Shown: piece by piece, positions 22,611 to 31,384 of the stretch | How positions within the stretch are numbered: position 1 is the first letter of the stretch | Layout: each line of letters opens with the position of its first letter | NCBI GenBank assembly: GCA_963814385.1 | Contig: CAWFCX010000050.1 | Location: forward strand, 123,891 to 187,890 | Direction of reading: 5' to 3' | DNA length: 64,000 nt | Origin: an uncultured beta proteobacterium | GTDB taxonomy: Bacteria > Pseudomonadota > Gammaproteobacteria > Burkholderiales > Burkholderiaceae_C | Position numbers and translations under genes: made by a program | Notes under the pieces: generated by a model | Told to the model about the DNA's origin: nothing | Seen by the model: the letters and a program-made list of their open reading frames with translations, nothing else | The model's database searches: none

Positions 22611-25127
22611 TCAGGTCACGCTGGTGAGCGCGGCATCTTCGCGCGCGCTCGCGTGCTGCACGGCCTGAACACGCGCGATCGCGCGGGCGAGCACGGCGGC
22701 TTCAACCGGCTTGGAAACGTGATCGTCCATGCCGGCCTCGAGGTAGGCGTGGCGGTCCTCTGTCATGGCGTTGGCGGTGAGCGCAATGATCGGAATGCCT
22801 GCGACGCCGCTGTCCAGCGCGCGGATGCGGCGCGCGGCGGCCAGGCCGTCCAGGCCGGGCATGTGAATATCCATCAGGACGAGGTCGTAGCGGCTGGCCT
22901 CGACTTTCGCCAGCGCCTCGAAACCGTTGCAGACGACGTCGCAGCTGTGGCCGAGCTGGGCCAGCATGGCGCTGATGACGAGCTGGTTGACCTCGTTGTC
23001 TTCGGCCACCAGGATGCGCAGGCCTTCGACCATGTCGGTCGCGGCGTCCATCTGGGTGTCGGCGCTGAACATCTGCGGCGCGTCGCTGCGCTGTAGCGCC
23101 ACGGTGACGCGGAACAGGCTGCCGCGGCCGAGATCGGTCTCGACATCGATGTGCCCGCCCATCAGGTCGACCAGGCCGCGGCTGATCGCCAGACCCAGAC
23201 CGCTGCCGCCGTAGCGCCTGGCGATACCGCTGTCGGCCTGGATGAAGCGCTCGAACAGCGTCGGCAGTGCGCTCGCGGCGATGCCGATGCCGGTGTCGCG
23301 AACGGCGGTGATCAACTCGACCCGGTCGTCTTCGAGCACGCGGAAGCCGACGTCGACGCTGACCGAGCCGCGCTCGGTGAACTTGACGGCGTTGCCGATC
23401 AGGTTGAACAGCACCTGGCGCAAGCGTCCTTCGTCGCCTTGCAGCACGGCAGGCAACCCGCTCTGGAACTGCACGCCGAAGATCAAGCCCTTCTCGTGGG
23501 CTCGCGTCGAGATCGACGCCGCGACCTCGCTCACCAGGCGACGCGGGTCGAAGTCCGAGACCACCAGATCGAGCCGACCGGCTTCTACCCGCGACAGATC
23601 GAGGATGTCGTTGATCAGCGTCAGCAGCGCCCGGCCTGAGCTGCGGATGGTTCGTGCGTAGCTGCGCTGCTCGTCGCTGAGCCGCGTCTTGAGCAGCAGA
23701 CTGTTCATGCCCAGCACGCCATTGAGCGGTGTGCGGATCTCATGGCTCATCGCCGCCAGGAACTGCGACTTGGCATGGTTCGAGGCCTCGGCGGCTGCCT
23801 TGGCGCGAGCCAGTTCACGCTCAGCCTTGGTGATGTCGCGCATCACGCTGACCGTGCCGCCGTCGGGCGTGCGTCGCTCGACGACGTGGATCACGATGCC
23901 GTCCTGCAACTCCTGCTCGAACATGCCCCTGCCACTGCGATGCTGCGCCAGGCGCATCTGGCGCCAGGCCTGGCGTTGCGCTGGGCTGTCGGCGTCGCTG
24001 ACGAGCGACTGCGCCGTGATGTCGACCAGGCTTTCGAAACTCACGCCGACGCCGATCGCCGAGTGCAGCCACGGGAACATTTCCAGGTAGCGCGCATTCC
24101 ATGCGACCACGCAGTCCGTGGCATCGCAAAGCAGAAAGCCGTCGGCCATCGACGCCAGCGCACGGTCCATGATGGCCTTGGCCCTGGCGATTTCGAGCTG
24201 GGCGCGGGCCAGCCGCGCCAGTTGCCAATGGGCCGCGCAGCCGGCGGCGAGCAGCATCGCCACGAAGGCCGCGGCAGCGCCGAACACGACCTGGCGGTCG
24301 TGCCGCCAACCGCCCAGCGCTGCGTCCTCGGAGATTCCGGCCGAGATGCGCAGTGAGCGGTACAGCGACGGCCGTGCGGCCAAGATCGACGCCGAGCCGT
24401 CGAGTCGACCCGCCGCGCGCACGGGCTTGCCACTCAAGGCCGGCTCTGGCAGCGGAGTGGCCAGCACCTGACCGAGCTGCGCATCGCTGGCCGGCACGCT
24501 AGTCAAGAGCTGGCCGTTGTCGCGCTCCAGCGTCACTACCAGGCCCGGAATCTGCACCGATTGCGCCAGGATCGTCGCCAAGATCGACACCGGCACCTCG
24601 GCCACGACGAGCACGCGCCGCGCGGGCCCAAGCAAGAGGGGCCGGGCAAAGTAGATGGCGCGTTCGGCGTTGGCGCGGTTGTGCACCGGCGCGCTGATGG
24701 CCAGCATCGGCCGCGGCTGCGCCAGCGTGTCCTGCGCGAAGCGCTCGGGCAACGCCAGCCCCAGGCGTTCGGTTTGTTCGCGTGCCGAGGCCAGCACGCG
24801 GCCGTCGGCGTCGATCACAGCCAGATCGCGAAACTCCAGCTTGCGCTTGACAATGCCACGCAGCGTGCGCTCGGCGCTGCTGCGTTCGAACACGCCGTCG
24901 GGCGCGAGCAGGTCATCCATGCCGGCGAGCAGCAGATCGACGTCGATCAAGGTGCGGTTCAGCGCTGCTTCGGCGCCGCTGACGAAGCGTTGCACTCGGT
25001 CCTCGGTCTCCAGCACCGCCTCTTGCTCGGCGCGCAACTTCAGCCAGGCCGCGGCGCCTGCGGTGGCCACCACCAACGCGGTCACGGCGCCCCAGATGGC
25101 AATCGTCAGAGAGCGGCGAGATTGCAT
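22611..25127 (-). CDS. hybrid sensor histidine kinase / response regulator (periplasmic sensor domain + PAS + HisKA + HATPase + REC)
   Basis: 838 aa. Two TM segments flank a ~270-aa periplasmic region. H-box [16 protein letters not shown] boxes [16 protein letters not shown] and [10 protein letters not shown]. Receiver [25 protein letters not shown]. Confidence 0.9.
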   Translation of the reverse strand: MQSRRSLTIAIWGAVTALVVATAGAAAWLKLRAEQEAVLETEDRVQRFVSGAEAALNRTLIDVDLLLAGMDDLLAPDGVFERSSAERTLRGIVKRKLEFRDLAVIDADGRVLASAREQTERLGLALPERFAQDTLAQPRPMLAISAPVHNRANAERAIYFARPLLLGPARRVLVVAEVPVSILATILAQSVQIPGLVVTLERDNGQLLTSVPASDAQLGQVLATPLPEPALSGKPVRAAGRLDGSASILAARPSLYRSLRISAGISEDAALGGWRHDRQVVFGAAAAFVAMLLAAGCAAHWQLARLARAQLEIARAKAIMDRALASMADGFLLCDATDCVVAWNARYLEMFPWLHSAIGVGVSFESLVDITAQSLVSDADSPAQRQAWRQMRLAQHRSGRGMFEQELQDGIVIHVVERRTPDGGTVSVMRDITKAERELARAKAAAEASNHAKSQFLAAMSHEIRTPLNGVLGMNSLLLKTRLSDEQRSYARTIRSSGRALLTLINDILDLSRVEAGRLDLVVSDFDPRRLVSEVAASISTRAHEKGLIFGVQFQSGLPAVLQGDEGRLRQVLFNLIGNAVKFTERGSVSVDVGFRVLEDDRVELITAVRDTGIGIAASALPTLFERFIQADSGIARRYGGSGLGLAISRGLVDLMGGHIDVETDLGRGSLFRVTVALQRSDAPQMFSADTQMDAATDMVEGLRILVAEDNEVNQLVISAMLAQLGHSCDVVCNGFEALAKVEASRYDLVLMDIHMPGLDGLAAARRIRALDSGVAGIPIIALTANAMTEDRHAYLEAGMDDHVSKPVEAAVLARAIARVQAVQHASAREDAALTSVT

Positions 25128-25176
25128 GCGTGGCTCGGTTCAGCGCGGGTTGTGGCAGCCGCAGTCGGCAACCCGA

Positions 25177-26307
25177 TCAGTGCGCCTCGACGCCGCTGAC
25201 CTGGCCCACCGTCTGCTTCCACACCGTGGCGCACGACGGGCCGCAGCGCTTGAGCCATCCCGGCAACACGCTGTTGACCAGAATCTCGCGGCGCTTGGCG
25301 GCATCGGCAGGGCTCGCACGAACCTCGGTCATGCGGCCCTTCCGTCCGGCGACACACTCGGCAACCCCGGTGTTGCAGGCCGTTCCGGCGCGCGTTTCGT
25401 TCTCGGCTTCGGCCCAGATGGTTTGCTCCAGCTTCGGCAACTCGCTCCGCAGCAGGCTCTGAAGGTCCTTCGGCAAAGCGCCCCAGGCCGCGCCGTTGGC
25501 CAGGAAGGCGGCGACGCCCCAGTTCACCACCATGGTGTGAAGGTGGCTCGTGGCCTCGTGCAAGCCGATCGTGTTGCCCGACATGGCACCAGTGATGGCG
25601 CAATCGATGTTGCCGCTGCGCATGTTGGCGACGATGTCGGCGAAGGCGGTCTGCACCGGGGTTGCGCCCAGGGCCGTGACCCAATCCGATTGCGTCGCAC
25701 TCGACACGCGGATGCGCCGCCCGGTCAAGTCGGCCAGGCTGGCGAACGGTTTGGCGCAGAACGTGACCTGCGCCGGATAGGCATAGATCGCCAGCAACTC
25801 GCTGCCGTAGCGATCGCGCAGCACTCTTTCCAGGTAGGGGCGGAAGGCACCGACGTTGCGGCGCAGCGTCGGCACGTCCGGGTTCAGCCCGGCCAGATCG
25901 GGTGCAGCCAGTTCGGGGTCGAGCACCGCGCTCAGGTTGAGCAGCGAGGTGCCGAACGGCACGACGCCGAGCTGGATCAGCCGCAGCATCTCCTGGCCGC
26001 GAATGCCGGCGCGATCGAACGCCACGATCTCGGCGCTGGCGCGACCGTTGCTCATGCGCGCCAGCTCGCGCGTCCAGAAGGGCTCTTCGTGGCGCGTGTA
26101 CTGGTTCACACCGGCCAGCCCGCCGACGATGCGCAGGTGCTGCGGCGCCGGGGCAGGGACTTGTGCGGCGCCAGGGGGCGCGTGCAGCAAGGCTGCCGCA
26201 AACGCGGCCCAGGCGACGGCGCACCATCGCTTTGAACGAGTGGCTGCCAGCCCACTGGGGGCTTGGTGCCGAGGGTCAACGGGATTCACGCAATGCACGA
26301 TGCTCAT
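25177..26307 (-). CDS. orphan periplasmic solute-binding protein (DctP/TRAP-like fold by overall pattern)
   Basis: First ATG at 26307 (the track ORF starts at GTG 26334). Signal-like WCAVAWAAFAAALLHAPPGAAQ. No permease genes nearby. Lies 49 nt upstream of the hybrid kinase. Confidence 0.6.
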   Translation of the reverse strand: MSIVHCVNPVDPRHQAPSGLAATRSKRWCAVAWAAFAAALLHAPPGAAQVPAPAPQHLRIVGGLAGVNQYTRHEEPFWTRELARMSNGRASAEIVAFDRAGIRGQEMLRLIQLGVVPFGTSLLNLSAVLDPELAAPDLAGLNPDVPTLRRNVGAFRPYLERVLRDRYGSELLAIYAYPAQVTFCAKPFASLADLTGRRIRVSSATQSDWVTALGATPVQTAFADIVANMRSGNIDCAITGAMSGNTIGLHEATSHLHTMVVNWGVAAFLANGAAWGALPKDLQSLLRSELPKLEQTIWAEAENETRAGTACNTGVAECVAGRKGRMTEVRASPADAAKRREILVNSVLPGWLKRCGPSCATVWKQTVGQVSGVEAH

Positions 26308-26425
26308 AGCGAGAATTGTGCGGCGCACCCCCACTGGCCGAAGGACCGAACAGGAGCCAAACCCCAGGCCAGTTCCAACTATTGCGCACTCTGCTCACCG
26401 CACTGCGCGGCTCGCACAGCAAGCA

Positions 26426-27343
26426 TCACGCCGGCAAGAAGCCCTCGATCGACAGGTAGCGCTCGCCGGTGTCGTAATTGAAACCGAGTACGCGAGCCTT
26501 GGCGTCCAGCTCAGGGAGCTTTTTCGCGATCGCCGCCAGCGTCGCGCCGCTCGAGATGCCCACCAGCATGCCCTCTTCGCGCGCGCAGCGGCGCGCCATC
26601 TCGCGCGCCTCTTCGGCTTCGACCTGGATCACGCCGTCGAGCAGCGCGGTGTGCAGGTTCTTCGGGATGAAGCCGGCGCCGATGCCTTGGATCGGGTGCG
26701 GCGACGGCTGGCCGCCACTGATCACCGGGCTCGCCGACGGCTCGACGGCGAAGACCTTCAACTTCGGCCAGCGCTTTTTCAGCACCATCGCGCAGCCGGT
26801 GATGTGGCCCCCGGTGCCGACGCCGGTGATCACCGCGTCCAGACCTTCGGGGAAGTCGCGCGCGATCTCTTCGGCGGTGGTGCGCACATGCACCTCGATG
26901 TTGGCTTCGTTCTCGAACTGTTGCGGCATCCACCCGCCTGGCGTCGCGGCGAGCAGTTCCTGGGCGCGTGCGATCGAACCCTTCATGCCCTTTTCGCGCG
27001 GCGTCAGCTCGAACGTCGCGCCGTACGCGAGCATCAGGCGTCGGCGCTCCACGCTCATGCTGTCGGGCATGACGAGCACCAGCTTGTAGCCCTTGACCGC
27101 CGCCACCATGGCCAGACCGATGCCGGTGTTGCCGGACGTGGGCTCGATGATCGTGCCGCCAGGCTTGAGTTGCCCACCGCGCTCAGCCGCTTCGACCATC
27201 GACAGCGCAATGCGGTCCTTGATCGAGCCGCCGGGGTTGGCGCGTTCGGACTTGATCCAGACCTCGCGGCCCGCGGGAAACAAACGGTTGATGCGGATGT
27301 GCGGTGTGTCGCCGATGGTGGCGAGGATGGAATCGGCTTTCAT
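26426..27343 (-). CDS. cysK: cysteine synthase A (O-acetylserine sulfhydrylase)
   Basis: ATG at 27343. Motifs NPGGSIKDR (PLP lysine) and [12 protein letters not shown]. Confidence 0.9.
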   Translation of the reverse strand: MKADSILATIGDTPHIRINRLFPAGREVWIKSERANPGGSIKDRIALSMVEAAERGGQLKPGGTIIEPTSGNTGIGLAMVAAVKGYKLVLVMPDSMSVERRRLMLAYGATFELTPREKGMKGSIARAQELLAATPGGWMPQQFENEANIEVHVRTTAEEIARDFPEGLDAVITGVGTGGHITGCAMVLKKRWPKLKVFAVEPSASPVISGGQPSPHPIQGIGAGFIPKNLHTALLDGVIQVEAEEAREMARRCAREEGMLVGISSGATLAAIAKKLPELDAKARVLGFNYDTGERYLSIEGFLPA

Positions 27344-27428
27344 GGCGGCCTTTCTCGGGACGTGAGCGTGAGCCGCGATCGTAGCGAGCGCGGGCCCGTG
27401 CTGCATGCCAAACCTAGAATCCCCGCGC

Positions 27429-27505
27429 GGGCCGTTAGCTCAGTCGGTTAGAGCAGAGGACTCATAATCCTTTGGTCGCTGGTTCGATCCCAGCACGGCC
27501 TACCA
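27429..27505 (+). tRNA. tRNA with anticodon CAU, probably tRNA-Ile2 (lysidine-modified) rather than elongator Met
   Basis: GGGCCGT..anticodon arm GAGGA-CTCATAA-TCCTT..GCTGG-TTCGATC-CCAGC..ACGGCCT-A-CCA. The body (TTAGCTCAGT..GGTTAGAGCAG..GACTCATAATC..TTGGTCGCTGGTTC) resembles E. coli ileX as I recall it. Confidence 0.85.
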
Positions 27506-27615
27506 AATTTCGCCAACAACGACAGGCATTTAGCGCGGCTTGTCGTTCCTGTCGGCGGCGGGCACCACCACCGGTTGCGCCGGATTTGTGCCGTGATTCG
27601 CCAGCCGCTCGTTGC

Positions 27616-27966
27616 ATGGCGCACGAGGGCGGCGAGGTCGCCGTCGAGATCGATGCCGGAAGCAAGGCGGCGCTGGCGTTCAAGGGCGTCAAGGCCGCGA
27701 TCCAACAGAGCCATGGCCCGATCACCCCCAGCCGCTACGGCATCGACGCCGCGGCGTTCTGGTTCGTCGCCCTGGAGTGCTGCTGCTGCCAGCAGCAGTT
27801 GATGATCGACGCCTGCGGCCACGCGCCCAAGCTGGTGCCCGGCGACAAGGCGCGCTACAGCCGCGAGCATGTGGGCAGCGAGTACATCGGCTGGCAGCAC
27901 TTCCAGCCAGTCTGGCAGCAGCTCGTCAAGACCCGGCGCGACATGTTCGACTGGTCGATGGCGTGA
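27616..27966 (+). CDS. hypothetical 116-aa protein (no family recognised)
   Basis: Internal ATG of ORF 27472..27966. Nearly every codon ends in G/C, so it is very likely coding. Contains an unusual CCCCQQQ run. No obvious SD. Confidence 0.6.
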   Translation: MAHEGGEVAVEIDAGSKAALAFKGVKAAIQQSHGPITPSRYGIDAAAFWFVALECCCCQQQLMIDACGHAPKLVPGDKARYSREHVGSEYIGWQHFQPVWQQLVKTRRDMFDWSMA

Positions 27967-28041
27967 TAGGCCCTGGCTCTTGTCTTGCGCGCCCGGCGGT
28001 GCGAGCATCGCGCACCCCAACCAACCCCCGAGGAGCACGCC

Positions 28042-28851
28042 ATGGCCACTTCCGCTTTCGACGCTGATGCATTGATCTCGACGTTCGAGAGCGCGAGCGC
28101 CAAGGGAAGCGCGCAGTTGCAGAAATCGGTCACCGAGGCGACGCTGGCCGCGCTGCGCGGCCGCGAGCTGACGCTGGCCAACATCCGCTCGTCGCTCGAT
28201 TCAGTGACCAAGGCCGTGTCGATGGGTGCGGCCAAGAGCCCCCTCGGGGCCGATGCCGTCGAGGGTCTGCTCGACAAGGCGGTGGCCGGCATGGACGCGG
28301 CGCTCGTCAAGGCGGTGCAGGCCAACCAGGCGGCGCTGCAGCAGTTCGCCGACCGCGGCGTCGATCTGCGCGAAACGCATCTGAAGAAAGCGCTCGATGA
28401 GCTGGAAAAATTCGACGGCCTGCTGATCGGTGCGGTAAAAAAGGCCGGCGCGGCGGCCGGCCCGATGGCAGGCCCATGGCAGCAGGCGATGGAAAAACTG
28501 CAGGCCGGCGGCACGCTGTCGGGCTCGAGCGCCGCCAAGACGGTCGAAGACTTCGCCGACCAAATGCAGACCGCGATTCGCGGCGCACGCAGCGCGAGTG
28601 TGCGGGCGGCAAGCGCCCTGGCCGAAAGTTATGCGGCGATGGCCAGCGGCGTGCTGGTGGGGCTTGTCGGAGGCGATGGCGCCGCGCGAGGCGGCAAGCG
28701 CGGCTGCCGCGAACGAAGGCACCGGCGAAGAAGAAGCGCTGAAGCCAAATCTCCTTCACCGCAGAGGCGCAGAGGAACGCAGAGGTCCGCAGAGGAACCT
28801 CAGACAGCTCTTCTCTGCGTCAACTCTGCGTCCTCTGCGCCTCTGCGGTGA
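28042..28851 (+). CDS. Ala-rich hypothetical protein; 3' end uncertain (possible frameshift near 28659-28662)
   Basis: GAGGAG SD 6 nt before ATG 28042. GC3 is high up to ~28660 and drops afterwards, while the +1/+2 frames stay high. The track ORF runs through a REP hairpin. Confidence 0.6.
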   Translation: MATSAFDADALISTFESASAKGSAQLQKSVTEATLAALRGRELTLANIRSSLDSVTKAVSMGAAKSPLGADAVEGLLDKAVAGMDAALVKAVQANQAALQQFADRGVDLRETHLKKALDELEKFDGLLIGAVKKAGAAAGPMAGPWQQAMEKLQAGGTLSGSSAAKTVEDFADQMQTAIRGARSASVRAASALAESYAAMASGVLVGLVGGDGAARGGKRGCRERRHRRRRSAEAKSPSPQRRRGTQRSAEEPQTALLCVNSASSAPLR

Positions 28852-28852
28852 A
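28755..28852. repeat. ~98-nt REP-type hairpin built from GCAGAGG heptads, between convergent genes
   Basis: TTCACCGCAGAGGCGCAGAGGA(A)CGCAGAG...CTCTGCG-TCCTCTGCGCCTCTGCGGTGAA. The first 22 nt of each arm are perfectly complementary. There are four GCAGAGG units per arm. Confidence 0.8.
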
Positions 28853-28867
28853 TGAAACTGAACTCTT

Positions 28868-29854
28868 TCAGACCGCAGCAGCAACCACCTTCTGCTCGAT
28901 CGCGCCGAACACCGACTGCCCGTCCTTGCCCTTCATCTCGATCTTTACCGTGTCGCCGAAGGCCATGAACGGCGTCTTCGGCGCGCCGTCTTCGATCGTC
29001 TCGATGCAGCGCTTCTCGGCGATGCACGAGTAGCCCTTGCTCCAATCCTTGTTGCTCACCGTACCCGAGCCGATGATCGAGCCGGCGCGGGCGCGGCGGG
29101 TCTTGCACAGGTGTGCGATCAACTGGCCGAAGTGAAACGTCATCTCGGGGCCGGCGTCGCACATCCCCACCTTCTTGCCGTTCCAGCTGACGTGCATCGG
29201 CAAGTGCAAGCGGCCACCTTGCCAAGCGTCGCCAAGCTCATCCGGCGTCACCGCCACCGGGCTGAATGCGGTCGCCGGTTTGGATTGAAAGAAGCCGAAG
29301 CCTTTGGCGAGTTCGTTGGGGATCAGGTGGCGCAGGCTCCAGTCATTGGCCAGCATCACCAGGCGGATGCCCTCCAACGCCTGCTCTGGCGTCACGCCGT
29401 TCGGTACATCGCCGGTGATCACGGCGATCTCGGCTTCGAAGTCGATGCCCCAGTCGGCGCTGGCAAACGGCGCGTCGTCGCAGGGGCCAAGCAGGTCGTC
29501 GCTGCCGCCCTGGTACATCAGCGGGTCGGTGTAAAAGCTCTCTGGCACCTCGGACTTGCGTGACTGGCGCACCAGTTCGACATGGTTGATGTAGGCCGAG
29601 CCGTCAGCCCACTGGTGCGCGCGCGGCAGCGGCGCCATGCACAGCGATGGCACGAACTCGAAGGCATGGCGCGCCTTGCCCTGGTTCAGCGTCACGTACA
29701 GGTCCTGCAACTGCGGCGACAGGAAGTTCCAGTCGTCGAGCACCTGTTGCAGGCGGGTAGCGATGCCGGTCGCAAAATGCGCCGTCGTGAGATCGCGTGA
29801 GACGACGACCAGCTGGCCGTCGCGCGATCCGTCTTTAAAGGTGGCGAGTTTCAT
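28868..29854 (-). CDS. fumarylacetoacetate hydrolase (FAH) family protein
   Basis: ATG at 29854 (MKLATFKDGSRDGQLVVVSRD) inside ORF 28868..30241. FAH-like core (IDFEAEIAVITG, GSIIGSGTVSN). Confidence 0.8.
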   Translation of the reverse strand: MKLATFKDGSRDGQLVVVSRDLTTAHFATGIATRLQQVLDDWNFLSPQLQDLYVTLNQGKARHAFEFVPSLCMAPLPRAHQWADGSAYINHVELVRQSRKSEVPESFYTDPLMYQGGSDDLLGPCDDAPFASADWGIDFEAEIAVITGDVPNGVTPEQALEGIRLVMLANDWSLRHLIPNELAKGFGFFQSKPATAFSPVAVTPDELGDAWQGGRLHLPMHVSWNGKKVGMCDAGPEMTFHFGQLIAHLCKTRRARAGSIIGSGTVSNKDWSKGYSCIAEKRCIETIEDGAPKTPFMAFGDTVKIEMKGKDGQSVFGAIEQKVVAAAV

Positions 29855-29879
29855 CGTGGCGCAATTGTCGGCCCTTCCC

Positions 29880-30914
29880 ATGACACCCGGCGCGAGCGCG
29901 TCGCGGCGCTGGCCGTTTTTCGTCTTCGCCGGCTTGGTCGTGTTGGCCCTGCACTGGGCGCTGCTGCTGTGGCTTGCTCCGTCGTGGATCGATCCGGAAG
30001 AGCCGTCGGCGGCGTCGCCCACGCTGTCGGTGCGCAGCGTGACGCTGCCGGCGGCACCTGCACCGACACCGCCGCCCGCCGGCGTGGCGCAGCCTGCGCC
30101 TGTGCCGAAGGTCCTGCGTGCGCCTTCGGTGCGCCAGCCCGCAGCGTCCGCTCCACCCGCCGAGACGCCGCCGCCCGCAGTGGAAGTCGCGGAGGCCACC
30201 CCCGAGCCGATGGCGGCCGCGCCTGTTGTGGCGCCCCTCAACGCGACCCCTGCGTCGGCGATCGACGTGCCGGTTTACGCCACGCGCCTGCCACCGGCCG
30301 GCACGTGGCGCTATCAACTGACGCGCGGCATTGCCAGTGGCGAAGCGCAATTGAGTTGGTGGCCGACGGAGCAGCAGCGCTACGAGATGAAGCTCGAAGG
30401 TTCTGTCGCCGGCATGTCGGTGCTCGATTGGGTCAGCGCGGGCGCCATCGACAACGCTGGCATCGCGCCCGAGCGCTTCGTCATTCGCCGCCGCGGCAAG
30501 GACAGCCAGGCCGCGAACTTCCAGCGTGACGCCGGCAAGATCAGCTTTTCCGGGCCGATACACGAGTTGCCGCTGATTGCCGGCGTGCAGGACCGATTGA
30601 GCTGGATGCTTCAACTGCCTGGGGTGATCGAGGCCGCGCCGCAGGACTTCGGCGCCGGGCAGCGGGTCGTGCTGATGGTCATCGGCGCACGCGGCGGCGC
30701 CGACGTGTGGACGTTCAACGTCATTGGTGCCGAGCGCGTCGGCGAGATTACTGCGTTGAAGCTCGTGCGCGAGGCGAGGAAACCGCGCGACCTGCAGGTC
30801 GAGGTCTGGCTCGACCCGGCGCGCGCGCACATTCCAGTGAGGGCGTTGCTGACGCAGCCCGAGGGCGGTTCACCTTTGGAGCTGCAGCTGCAGACGGCGT
30901 CAACCGGACCTTGA
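29880..30914 (+). CDS. DUF3108-like secreted/membrane-anchored protein with a Pro/Ala-rich linker
   Basis: ATG at 29880 inside ORF 29637..30914. N-terminal TM WPFFVFAGLVVLALHWALLLWL, then a PA-rich linker and a beta-rich domain (YQLTRGIASGEAQLSW..YEMKLEG). Confidence 0.6.
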   Translation: MTPGASASRRWPFFVFAGLVVLALHWALLLWLAPSWIDPEEPSAASPTLSVRSVTLPAAPAPTPPPAGVAQPAPVPKVLRAPSVRQPAASAPPAETPPPAVEVAEATPEPMAAAPVVAPLNATPASAIDVPVYATRLPPAGTWRYQLTRGIASGEAQLSWWPTEQQRYEMKLEGSVAGMSVLDWVSAGAIDNAGIAPERFVIRRRGKDSQAANFQRDAGKISFSGPIHELPLIAGVQDRLSWMLQLPGVIEAAPQDFGAGQRVVLMVIGARGGADVWTFNVIGAERVGEITALKLVREARKPRDLQVEVWLDPARAHIPVRALLTQPEGGSPLELQLQTASTGP

Positions 30915-30957
30915 TTTCCGCGTTGCAGGGCTCAAGTGGCGTCTTGGAGGTACAGAG

Positions 30958-31039
30958 ATGAAACAACCCCTAGCCCACTTCGTTCGCGTCCCCCAAGGGG
31001 AGCGTCACTCCCTTGGGACGGCCCGGCGTTACTGACATG
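30958..31039 (+). repeat. short copy (B) of the GC-rich structured repeat family, carrying a 25-codon ORF that ends 1 nt before the DUF3567 start
   Basis: GGAGG SD 6 nt before ATG 30958. The ORF MKQPLAHFVRVPQGERHSLGTARRY stops at 31033-31035; the downstream ATG is at 31037. Confidence 0.6.
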
Positions 31040-31294
31040 CTCATGCTCTACAACTCGGACCAGTTCGCCGTCGTTCAATTCGACACCGAAGCGCGTGAGC
31101 ATGTGCCTGCGCGCGGCGGCTATGAGATCGTGGACAAGTTCGCGCGCAAAGAGATTTTTCTCGACGGTGTGCTCGCCGCGCAATTCAAGGCCGGCGTCGA
31201 TGCGTTGATCGAAACCAGCCCGAGCGAAGAAGAGCTCGACGAGTACATCGGCCGCTACGGTGCAATGGCGCAGCAGCCCGTGATCTTGCATTGA
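31037..31294 (+). CDS. DUF3567-like small protein
   Basis: MLMLYNSDQFAVVQFD..GGYEIVDKFARKEIFLDG..EEELDEYIGRYGAMAQQPVILH. Internal ATG of the TTG-initiated ORF 31013..31294. Confidence 0.7.
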   Translation: MLMLYNSDQFAVVQFDTEAREHVPARGGYEIVDKFARKEIFLDGVLAAQFKAGVDALIETSPSEEELDEYIGRYGAMAQQPVILH

Positions 31295-31384
31295 TGAGCA
31301 GTTTGTAGCGCCCGCGGGGCTTGCCCCGGCGCGGCCGCCAAGCCAAGATGGCTTGCCCCTGGTTGGACTCTTTCGAAAGCCCGC

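Noticed and set aside
27506-28041. Possible genomic island or integration remnant downstream of the CAU tRNA
   Set aside because: There is no integrase, no direct repeat of the tRNA 3' end and no compositional break. The following genes have normal GC3.
28755-28852. Repeated GCAGAGG units considered as a CRISPR-like or tandem-repeat array
   Set aside because: The units are 7 nt with 1-3 nt spacers and are mirrored as a palindrome. There are no unique spacers and no cas genes. This is a REP-type hairpin.
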